Assembly: GCA_002269645.1 (NCBI GenBank)
Contig: NIVC01001745.1
Span: 68,826-132,825 of the forward strand
DNA: 64,000 bases
From: Macrostomum lignano
Taxonomy: Eukaryota
Reading direction: 5' to 3'
Made by a program: the position numbers and the translations under genes
Notes under the pieces: model-generated
Database searches by the model: none
Told to the model about the DNA's origin: nothing
Seen by the model: the letters and a program-made list of their open reading frames with translations, nothing else
Shown: piece by piece, positions 51,201 to 61,396 of the stretch
Position numbering within the stretch: position 1 is the first letter of the stretch
Layout of the letters: each line of letters opens with the position of its first letter

Positions 51201-51972
51201 GAGTGACCACCCAACCACTGCCCCCCCCCCCACTAGAGGTGCTGTGCCGCCAGATATATAAATATATAACTTATTCTTAGATCTATAGCAAAAAATTTTA
51301 AGATAACATTACAAAAATATAATTCTAAATTAAAAGAGTATACATACACAACACATGTCAGTAAATATTTGTTTGAGTATACCAGTAAATGCATTGAATT
51401 CTTAAAAATAAAACAATGAATGTATGCAATTATAGGCCCTAATCTAAATAAGTCTTTTTGATCAAGAATAAAACAAATATAGTAGGCCTTTTATTACAGT
51501 TATTAGAGCTGCTATCGACGGAAAAATGTAGATGAATAGAACTGCAAATATTCTGCTGAGCCAATCTATCACAGTGATGCAGCAAGAGGGGGCAGGAGGA
51601 CCTGGGCCCCCAAAATTAACTCTCCACAAAAATTCTGGACAAATAATTACGCATCCCCCTGAAATTCCAGAGAAAAATCCCTCCTCCCTACACCCCCTCC
51701 TCCGGGTTCGGAATGCCCCCCTCAGGCCCCTGAAATAAATCCTGGCTGCGCCACTGATCTATCAGTATCATTGTATCAGTGTTAATATACCGAATATAGC
51801 CATTGCACTTATAATGATTGCGACAAACTGTTAAAGATTGCTAAAAATTTAAGACCAAAAACCGAGCAAAGAATAAACTTTTTCTTACTCGAATATCGCC
51901 CAAAACACCTTTGTTTTCAAGCGTTTGAGAAACTAAGTCTCGAAGCTCATGGTCTTCTCTATCGAGTTCCAT
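45284..51972 (-). CDS. CEP43: CEP43/FGFR1OP-like LisH centrosomal protein (short; C-terminus uncertain)
   Basis: Exons 51972-51889 (MELDREDHELRDLVSQTLENKGVLGDIR), 46463-46355 (AQLRASIFLALDDEEK...FLESSNG) and 45511-45284 (RQAFTLIVELLEHFNLKHSLAVLTQE), phases 0 and 1. Matches the recalled FOP N-terminus (ELRDLLVQTLENSGVLNRIKAELRAAVFLAL...GRLVASLVAEFLQFFNLDFTLAVF). Confidence 0.85.
45606..46250. repeat. About 28-bp minisatellite TTAGAGTGGAAGCAATGGGATCCCATCC (CEP43 intron 2)
   Basis: About 23 copies. Confidence 0.95.
47003..48000 (+). mobile_element. Three diverged tandem copies of the dispersed module also seen at 9262-9480
   Basis: Units start at about 47003, 47291 and 47756 (gccccc..gt.g.ggagcca) and share the blocks listed for 9262-9480. 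Confidence 0.7.
47093..47137 (-). repeat. Interstitial telomeric repeat (TTAGGG)6 plus a degenerate copy
   Basis: Six perfect CTAACC units at 47093-47128, then taaccctaa; an eroded version lies at about 47506-47552. Confidence 0.9.
47970..50165. repeat. 22/23-bp satellite CATGACGCTTCTATGATT(G)TTTA (CEP43 intron 1)
   Basis: About 95 copies over 2.2 kb. Confidence 0.97.
51572..51756. mobile_element. 185-bp hAT-type MITE with 8-bp target-site duplication
   Basis: Imperfect TIRs CAGTGATGCAGCAAGA / reverse complement CAGTGGCGCAGCCAGG. Identical ATCTATCA at 51564-51571 and 51757-51764. An 8-bp TSD with CAG termini is typical of hAT elements. Confidence 0.8.
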
Positions 51973-52540
51973 CTTTTTATCGAACTAACCACGAAACCTT
52001 GAATAAATTGGCTGACTAAGGTATACGATTACTCAAGGAAACTATATCGAATACTGAAATACAACTGTAATTGATATTGCTCGATGCAGTGGGCAGGACT
52101 TGTTAAATTTTGCCAATTTAATTCCTCCTTCGCAAGTAATTTGAACTCTTCGCTTCCTGGTCGAACAGATACATTTGTTCAGAAATAGACAATAAAAACG
52201 TATACACATTTTTTTAAATACAAAATGTACTATCATTCATCTATATTTACCTTAAAAGTCTGCTAAATGTTTGACTTAACTGGATTTGTTATTATTTACT
52301 TTTAATTTCCGGACTTTTACGGCCGGTTAAAATATGTATATATTCCAAAAATCTATTTCACAAACTAACTCACCAATACTGAAAGGCTAGTTGCAACTGC
52401 ACTTCTATTAAAGCACGGAGTTTCCTGGAAAAATGCATTCGAAAGGAGCAACTTAGGCGTATTTGCATGTGGATTTCTCGCACATCATGGGCCTAAGTTC
52501 AATAAGATGTACATGTATTTTATAGATATTTCGCCTCAGA

Positions 52541-53205
52541 AATAATAATAATAACAATAATCTCACGCCCCGCGCCGACCACAAAAAAGTGGCCAAAAAG
52601 AGGAGGCGTCAAATCGCGCGCTTCGTGGCAAGGTCTCTGATGTGCTTCACGCCTGCTGCCGGCCTGCATGGCTGGGTGCTCGCGCATCATCGAAAAGACG
52701 CTCGATCCACGGCGAGCCACTCGTCCCTGTCCGCGAATGCGAGGTCCCTGCGGAGTCCACAGCAGGACGTCCTGCAGCGTCTCTGGGCAGTAAGGCTTCG
52801 ACCCGGATAAACATGCCCCGCAAGCCGCGCAGACGTCGCTTGCTCAGCAGGAAAGACGGCAGCGTCAGGCGCGATTGCTGGTACCAGGGAGTCAGTCGTC
52901 TCGCTGCTGCCAGGGCCGTGGCGGGCGCCAAACGCGGCACGAACCAGAGCCGCATGCGCCGCGATGAGCTGCCTCTCGAGCGCCCCGGTCAGCGACCAGG
53001 TCTCAGCATTGTACAAGAGGGCGATCTCAACAACAGCCTGGAACAGCTGGGACCTGGCGCTGGCCGACAGGGCCTCCGAGAGCAGCACCGCCCGAACAGA
53101 TCGAAAAGCGACATAGGCCTTGCCGCGCCGTCTCGCCAGGTCGTCGCTCACGTCCGGCACCAGTCCGCCGAGGTAGAGGAACTGATTACCTTGAGGCACG
53201 GAAAG
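52541..53205 (-). mobile_element. 5'-truncated RTE-like LINE fragment (post-RT C-terminal region)
   Basis: FLYLGGLVPDVSDDLARRRGKAYVAF...LFQAVVEIALLYNAETWSLT...HAALVRAAFG resembles the RTE-clade FKYLGS...LLYG.ETW pattern. The frame is disrupted downstream, and there is a (TTA)n-like 3' tail at about 52541-52561. Confidence 0.8.
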
Positions 53206-55894
53206 AATTCCAAATGAAGCAAATTTCTGTTTCGTTCGAGGTGCAAGAATTAAATTTGTTGCGCAGAAAGTTTCAAAAGCATGTAAGAGGATGTGATAGG
53301 CAGTGTCTGATTTGCTGTCTGAATTCATCGATACGAGCCGGTATGCAGATTGACTGCTGCTCGAACCAAGCTGCGGTTTCTTTTTTAAAACCCAGTCTGG
53401 TTTAACTTCCATACAGTACTATTAGCTAGGGATTAGATAGAAGGGATAGAGATTGGTTGCTCGTAGACTGAGATATCTTGAGAAATTCTACATTCTATTC
53501 TTCTTCCTTACATACATTGTACAACTGTACATGTAACTGTCACATGCGATTCCACGACATCTGTTCCCCCGTCATTTGGAGCGTGATCTGCTTGCAGAAT
53601 TGACTCAACCGCATGTCGATAAGCCATATGATGGATATATTGTAGCATCTTATGAGTTCACTGCGCAGCACCTCCCGCGATAGCCTTTAGCTAGTCAAAT
53701 TTGCTTGCAGAAGAGATCAGATCTGCTTCCAGTTGGGCAGTGTATTGTAAATAATTGAAGACAGAAGTCCCGTCAGGACTCTGTGGGAGTCATAATTGCT
53801 TTCGCTCGTCTCAACTCAAAGTCGCCGCAAATCAGTTGTGATGCGGCCGCAGAAATGAAGCTCACGAGTTCCTTGTCTCCTGCTCTTCTTTTCCAGACTC
53901 AACTTCTCAACTGCTTTATATACATGTACTATTATAACAAAACACGAGAGCCTGACTTGGTGAGTCAGGTGCATCTGGGGCTAGTCGATTTCTTCATGAA
54001 TCCCTGTCACAAGCTGCTGTACGAGTATATTAGAACCCTAGCTGCTGTACAAAACTTGAAACAAACAAATAGTTGACATTGTGCACCCGATGTATATAGA
54101 GTTCGTAAATGGAGTCTAAAGTCTAACAATGTAAAAACAAGGATTACTTTGTTTTAATTGATTTACAATCCAACAGACTTAAAACTCGGTAACTTTTGAA
54201 AAACTGGTTTATTCATTTAACGACCGCTGCGTTTTCAAATGTGCGATACAAGAGCGTCAAGTGCTCTGCTGCTGCTAGAGGAAAATAGGCTAAATTGCTG
54301 GACTAACAAGTGCGGCACTTGGCCACGGCACCGAGTGTCTTCGCAGGTCAGCAGTAGATCCAGCTAAAAACCTCAGTTCCGCAGGGATTATAGGCGCGGC
54401 GTGTTTGGTTAGTTTTTAACTCAACTGGCAAACACAGCTCAACTCATAAGCAACTTTGCTTGTGTGCGGCGTAGAATCTCTGACCTGAAGCGCTCCGTGC
54501 GTGGGGAAACTTACAGAGATTAGCCAAGACTGCAGGTTAGGTTCTATTAACCGGTTGAACTATCCGAATGACTTTCGGATAATCCCTGATCCTCAGAGTT
54601 TAACTGTATTCATTGGTACTACGTGATGCGTTAGCAGAGAGCTATCTAAACCAGTTTTAGCCCTACATAATCGGCAATATACGGTTTTCACAAATCTCTG
54701 ACGGAAAATTTATGGATCCAGTGCCCTGCCTCTTTAGCGCATTTGATGCGTGCGCTGCATATGTGAGGTTGGCGTCATCAGAAGCGCTGGACTTGCGTGA
54801 CTGCTATTTTAAGATTAGTTGGCGTCGCGCCCTGTTGCCTGACCGCCCGCTATCACCACGCCGGCCGGTCTGTCCAGCGACCTGTTGCTCCGTCGACGAC
54901 TGCAGCTGGTAGGCCACTTAGTCAACAGGCACTGGGCGTTTATTTGACGCCTTTTGACTTGAAGCGTACTTTTTCGTTGCTGTTGCTACCCAAACGTGAT
55001 TACTGCATCTACGTTTAACACCCGTCATGCTTGATTCATATAGTCCCGCCCCATTCTCCTAACCATACTTACTATTTTATAGCAGAAAATACAAGGTACA
55101 AGTGATGTCAGTATTTTACCATAACTTCCAGCAATGTAGAATTATTTTGCATTCACACGTGAGCTTTCATATTGCAGCGATCAGTGGGTACATTTATATT
55201 TTCACAGCTCACTGAATGAGGGTACAGTATGAGGTCAAAAAGATTCTCTAGCAGCAGATGAGACAGTAACGTGCAGCAGCTTGGGTATTAGTAGTCCGAT
55301 GGCCCTGTTTCGCACACAACTGGTACTACACTGCGTTGAGATTAGGCTGTTCAGATAGATATCAAGGACGAATTAAATACATGTAGCTATAGACGGGACT
55401 CTACGTTTCCTAGAAATCCACCGAATCTTTTTAGCATAAAACAAATACTTAAATAAAGATATTAGCACTCAATGTCGGCTTCCAAAGGAACATTGTCACA
55501 TGATATAGAAGTTATAAAAATAGAGCTTCATACAACGGCAATTCTTTAGCATATGTGAGTCTTCAATTTTTCTCTTTAAAACTTACATTGCGAGTAGTCC
55601 CGCCATTGTAATTCTATCGGTTCTCGCTCGTATCAGACAGGTAGCTGTGATAAGGCTGGAAGAGAATCCACATGTAGAGTTATTTAATTTTTTAAATGCT
55701 CATTATTGTTTGGGTCCCGAAGAATCGGAGGGAATTTGAAATCTATAAAAAAACTTGTAAGGGGTGTCACACAACAGACACGTGCTGCATTGCCTGTCCT
55801 CTCGAAAGTCTCGATGAATTTCCGTCGTGGAGGTGCTCATTTCTGGACGCTTCCGGGCATAAAAATATTCCAACCAGTTCGGTGTCCTCATCAA

Positions 55895-57730
55895 CTACGC
55901 TGGATGCTTCCTCGAGGACGACGCACGGTCCCGAAGTAATTTCGTCGGGTGATTGGGCGGACCTGGTGCAGGCAGGCGTTCGCAGGTGGTTCGCACTTCC
56001 GGACAAGCTCCGTTAGCCATTTGACCAGCTTGCCGAGTCCAGCGCGAGTGAAGGTAGCTGGACGCAACTTGAGTGCACTTGATGCCCAGAATGGCCAGGA
56101 ACTCGAACAGCTCAACGAATGTCACCAGAGACATGCCAACCCAGAGGCCGCCGATTCCGCCTAGCTCAGACAGAACCTCAACAAACGAATACGACGGCGA
56201 TTCGTGAATAAGCGTGCTTTTGGACTCTTCTGCGAACACCTGTAGTTTTACAAAGTTTTGCCTCACAAATCTGTGGCTGACGCTCCAGCCTTTCTCGAAG
56301 TCCCGCGACCCGTCCGGGTGTCGGTGAAATCTGACGATTTGATCCAACAGCTGCTGGCCCTGGTAGCGGGCCCGGTGGAACTTCGGGCTAACAAACGTGT
56401 GGATGAAGGCCTCCAGGTCGGTGTGCGCAGGCCAAGGAACGGACGCGATCGAGTATGTGTAACTGCTCTGCTCGCAGGCCTGAACAGTGCCGCACTCAGA
56501 CGCAAACTGATCATAAAGCTCCGTGCGAACTTGATTTTCAACATCGTTGAAGCTTTTCAGCTGTTGAAACTTGTAGGCCCCGAAAGATGCGGAGATGTTC
56601 TGCGCAGAAACGCCAGCAGCTCGCAGGTAATGGCAGAGAGCCGAGCGGTCCTGCGTCGGAAGGAACGTCGATTGACAGTGGCACTTGCGCATGAGGTGCT
56701 CCTGCCACTTCCTGACCACGCAGTCCTGGCCTCGCTTGCGAAACCGCTGTATTGCCTCGGCCTCCGACGCCCAATAGTCGGTGTGGCCGTAGTTTTCAAC
56801 ACAGTTATGTCCCGTTCTGTTTACGTAGACGTTTCGCTTCATCTTGAAGCGAAAGTCGGCGCTCCAACCGTTGCCAACGTCGGCGCCCTCCCAGTACACG
56901 TGCGGATACGTGCCAGGTTCGTGCACGAGCAGCCTGACGCCGCTGGACACTTGCATGCCGGCCTTGCCGAACACCGTGTCCAATTGTCTTAACGTCGAGC
57001 GATGCTTTGGCGGCGGATATTCTACCACGTGATCCGACTGGCTGGAGTTATCCAGTGGCATTGTGCTGGTATACAGGATTATATTCAGGCCGTCATTGGG
57101 CCCGGTGCCTTGCACGCTTCGATCCTTGGGTCGGAATGACCAGCAATTCCAATAGTGCGAGTTCTGCACCAGCTTGAAATCCGCTGGTCTGCACGGGGCC
57201 TTCTTGTAGAAGCAGGCCACCATCGACAAGCTCAGGTTGTGGCCCAGATGGGCCGTGTCCATTGACGCCCAGTAGTGCTGCAATAGATTGTACCAGTGAA
57301 AGTACTTCTGCGTGCCGAATATGTCGCCACCTTTGGCGTAGACTCGCCTAAGAGCCACCATCAGGTCAAGCATGTTGGACTCCAACTGCCGTCTAGCCGG
57401 ACTATCGTGGTTCAGCAGGTACTGCGGCATCGGGCGCAGATTGCAGATGGTCACGTCCGGGAATATGGTGTCGACTCCTTCGTTAAGAATGAGCGTGCTT
57501 ACTGGAGTCAGGCTGAACTGGTGCACAGTCAGGTAGACGTGATAGCATCCGGCCATGCTGGTGAGACAGGTGAGCAGCAACCAGAATGCTCGCCTAACGT
57601 AGCTGTCGGCTCTAAATAGATGCGCAACGCCATGCATGCTGGTGTGCTGAGCGAACCTGTTCAGGTGCATGAACACGCCGCGCAGGGCGGCCCAGCTCGC
57701 CACTGGCCGGTTCGATTCCTGACTGTACAT
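55895..57730 (-). CDS. DEG/ENaC (ASIC/FaNaC-superfamily) amiloride-sensitive sodium channel subunit, intronless, 611 aa
   Basis: Pre-TM1 HG motif (TSMHGVAH), TM1, FPDVTICN, NCWSF, GVRLLVHEPGTYP, a Cys-rich thumb region, and TM2 LSELGGIGGLWVGMSLVTFVELFE with the G-x-S filter. Confidence 0.95.
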   Translation of the reverse strand: MYSQESNRPVASWAALRGVFMHLNRFAQHTSMHGVAHLFRADSYVRRAFWLLLTCLTSMAGCYHVYLTVHQFSLTPVSTLILNEGVDTIFPDVTICNLRPMPQYLLNHDSPARRQLESNMLDLMVALRRVYAKGGDIFGTQKYFHWYNLLQHYWASMDTAHLGHNLSLSMVACFYKKAPCRPADFKLVQNSHYWNCWSFRPKDRSVQGTGPNDGLNIILYTSTMPLDNSSQSDHVVEYPPPKHRSTLRQLDTVFGKAGMQVSSGVRLLVHEPGTYPHVYWEGADVGNGWSADFRFKMKRNVYVNRTGHNCVENYGHTDYWASEAEAIQRFRKRGQDCVVRKWQEHLMRKCHCQSTFLPTQDRSALCHYLRAAGVSAQNISASFGAYKFQQLKSFNDVENQVRTELYDQFASECGTVQACEQSSYTYSIASVPWPAHTDLEAFIHTFVSPKFHRARYQGQQLLDQIVRFHRHPDGSRDFEKGWSVSHRFVRQNFVKLQVFAEESKSTLIHESPSYSFVEVLSELGGIGGLWVGMSLVTFVELFEFLAILGIKCTQVASSYLHSRWTRQAGQMANGACPEVRTTCERLPAPGPPNHPTKLLRDRASSSRKHPA

Positions 57731-58596
57731 GCGAGAGTAGCTTAACTCGTCCTAGGGTCGCGCAGAAACTTCGCCTAGATTGTTTTCAGTGCACTGGAGT
57801 TCCGCGCCAATATCCCCTGCCAAGCTTTGGGAGGGGGGGGGCGGACCGCACAGCAGTTTCGGGGCTTGCCAAAGAATTCCCTGCCTCCAACGATTTTGGC
57901 AGCCAATAAAAAGTTTGGCAAGAGAAAAAAGCGCCCTGAAATTTGATCGGGCCGCGGCGCGTCGATTTAAACAGCTAATTTGCATTTGAATCAACTGCCA
58001 TCCGGCTGGCAAGCAAAATAAAATTCTTCTCTCCCAAGTATTTTTTGATGCAATATTGAACATTCGCTGAGCATCACTAACGATAAGTCCTTGCTTTCCT
58101 CAAGCATTGTCCAGTTGGAGTAGGGAGCAAACTGTTAGCTAAATCTAGCGAACCTAATCTTTCTTGAGCCTGTAACGTGTCGGCCATCACAGTTCCACTT
58201 ACCGCCGCTAGAAATTGCCAAACTCACAGCTGTAATGCTTACTGCACTGCTGCTGGTCTGCGCTGCTAAAGCACCAGAAAGGGGGTAAACACTCCTATTG
58301 TTGCAGCTCGTCTGCTGCTGAGCCGTCGTGAGCAGCCCTCACCACTCCCCAGCCCCCAATCCAGAAGAAGAGCCTCTGATCAGCCCCAAACAGTCCAGCC
58401 GTCAAAGTTTGACACCACTATGAAGCAGAGCCGAGCGCCATAGCTGCCCAGTGCAATAATGAAAATCCATTATTGAATTCTCCAATTTAACAGTGAGGGC
58501 GCGGGAAAGGTCCGCTTGCCGTATTGTACGCACGTATGAAGACATATGGAGTGGATTGTGTCAGTTTGCTGCTTGCTCTACTTAGTACAAATGACA

Positions 58597-60860
58597 TGCG
58601 CTCATTTGATTCATTGCTCATATACAATCGCTCATTTGATTCATTGCTCATATACAATCGCTCATTTGATTCATTGCTCATATACAATCGCTCATTTGAT
58701 TCATTGCTCATATACAATCCCTCATTTGACTCATTGCTCATATACAATCGCTCATTTGATTCATTGCTCATATACAATCGCTCATTTGATTCATTGCTCA
58801 TATACAATCCCTCATTTGATTCATTGCTCATATACAATCGCTCATTTGACTCATTGCTCATAGACAATCGCTCATTTGATTCATTGCTCATATACAATCC
58901 CTCATTTGATTCATTGCTCATATACAATCGTTCATTTGACTCATTGCTCATAGACAATCGCTCATTTGATTCATTGATCATAGACAATCGCTCATTTTAT
59001 TCATTGCTCATAGACAATCGCTCATTTGATCCATTCCTCATAGACAATCGCTCATTTGATTCATTGCTCATAGACAATCGCTCATTTGATTCAGTGCTCA
59101 TAGACAATCGCTCATTTGATTCATTGCTCATATACAATCGCTCATTTGATTCATTGCTCATATACAATCGCTCATTTGATTCATTGCTCATATACAATCG
59201 CTCATTTGATTCATTGCTCATATACAATCGCTCATTTGATTCATTGCTCATATACAATCGCTCATTTGACTCATTGCTCATAGACAATCGCTCATTTGAT
59301 CCATTGCTCATAGACAATCACTCGTTTGATTCATTGCTCATAGACAATCGCTCATTTGATCCATTCGTCATAGACAATCACTCATTTGATTCATTGCTAA
59401 TAGACAATCACTCGTTTGATTCATTGCTCATAGACAATCGCTTATTTGATTCATTGCTTCTAGACAATCGCTCATTTGATCCATTCCTCATAGACAATCG
59501 CTCATTTGATTCATTGCTCATAGACAATCGCTCATTTGATTCATTGCTCATAGACAATCGCTCATTTGATCCATTCCTCATAGACAATCACTCATTTGAT
59601 TCATTGCTCATAGACAATCGCTCATTTGATTCATTGCTCATAGACAATCGCTCATTTGATTCATTGCTCATAGACAATCGCTCATTTGATTCATTGCTCA
59701 TATACAATCGCTCATTTGATTCATTGCTCATATACAATCGCTCATTTGATTCATTGCTCATATACAATCGCTCATTTGATTCATTGCTCATAGACAATCG
59801 CTCATTTGATCATTGCTCATAGACAATCACTCGTTTGATTCATTGCTCATAGACAATCGCTCATTTGATCCATTGTCATAGACAATCACTCATTTGATTC
59901 ATTGCTCATAGACAATCGCTCATTTGATCATTGCTCATAGACAATCGCTCATTTGATTCATTGCTCATAGACAATCGCTCATTTGATCCATTCCTCATAG
60001 ACAATCGCTCATTTGATCCATTCCTCATAGAGAATCGTTCATTTGATCCATTGCTCATAGACAATCGCTCATTTGATTCATTGCTCATAGACAATCGCTC
60101 ATTTGATTCAGTGCTCATAGACAATCGCTCATTTGATTCAGTGCTCATAGACAATCGCTCATTTGATTCAGTGCTCATAGACAATCGCTCATTTGATTCA
60201 GTGCTCATAGACAATCGCTCATTTGATCTACTGCTCATAGACAATCGCTCATTTGATTCGTGCTCATAGACAATCGCTCATTTGATTCATTGCTCATACA
60301 ATCGCTCATTTGATCATTGCTCATAGACAATCGCTCATTTGATTCATTGCTCATACAATCGCTCATTTGATCTACTGCTCATAGACAATCGCTCATTTGA
60401 TTCATTGCTCATAGACAATCGCTCATTTGATCAATTGCTCATAGACAATCACTCGTTTGATTAATTGCTCATAGACAATCGCTCATTTGATTCAGTGCTC
60501 ATAGACAATCGCTCATTTGATTCAGTGCTCATAGACAATCGCTCATTTGATCTACTGCTCATAGACAATCGCTCATTTGATTCGTTGCTCATAGACAATC
60601 GCTCATTTGATTCATTGCTCATACAATCGCTCATTTGATCCATTGCTCATAGAGAATCGCTCATTTGATTTATTGCTCATACAATCGCTCATTTGATCTA
60701 CTGCTCATAGACAATCGCTCATTTGATTCATTGCTCATAGACAATCGCTCATTTGATCAATTGCTCATAGACAATCACTCGTTTGATTAATTGCTCATAG
60801 ACAATCGCTCATTTGATCCATTCGTCATAGACAATCACTCATTTGATCCATTGCTCATGG
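58597..60860. repeat. 30-bp satellite CGCTCATTTGATTCATTGCTCATA(T/G)ACAAT
   Basis: About 75 copies, intergenic between DEG/ENaC and the calmodulin-like gene. Confidence 0.98.
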
Positions 60861-61396
60861 ACTGCTCATAGATCGCGTCACTGCAGGAAAACTGTATAAA
60901 TCTGTTTCATAAGAGCCCTTCTATTTTTGATTAACTAGCAATTAGCGTCACAAACTACTCAGAAAGTCACTGCGCTGCAAAAATGCATCCACTCTTGGAT
61001 GGGGAGTGCAGACTCAATTGGAATAATTGATGAAGCTATTGCACTGGGGAGGGGTGTATACGTGTATCAAGCTTCCTTCCCTCCAGCATAGAAAATTCTT
61101 TCCCAAGCTGTCTATAATCCACACCGCGCCTACACTCCAGCGGCGCAGTCTGCAATACTTAAAACTGGTACTTGTCCGCGTGTGTACACTTCCTATACTG
61201 TGCATGCACATTCCGGCCTCTACACCTGTAATTGGTTGCTATGGAAACTGTGTCGATCGCCCAGCGCGGATAAAGAAGCACGCGCAAGTGTAAGTTTCAT
61301 AATTTCATTTGTCTGGAGAGAGTTTAAGAGGTTGCAAGACAGCTCTCTTCCCTTGGGGAAAAGCGAGACAAGAGTTTATCTACTCTAAAACTGATC

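Noticed and set aside
51046-51253. Second CAGTGGC-starting MITE
   Set aside because: The right TIR is poor and the flanks (ATTATATT versus ATATATAA) do not form a TSD. Possibly an old relative but unsupported.
54327-54336. GGCACCGAGT resembling the sgRNA/tracrRNA 3' end
   Set aside because: Only 10 nt match and the flanks do not; a chance hit.
53400-55700. Moderately GC-rich stretches between the RTE fragment and DEG/ENaC (and 17540-18020, 58230-58450) as hidden genes or LTRs
   Set aside because: I found no convincing ORF, splice pattern, terminal repeat or motif by eye. A repeat-library search is needed.
56258-56992. Plus-strand ORFs antisense to DEG/ENaC, neuroglian, ZDHHC and Cdc25 exons
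   Set aside because: These are typical shadow ORFs of GC-rich coding sequence with no recognisable motifs.
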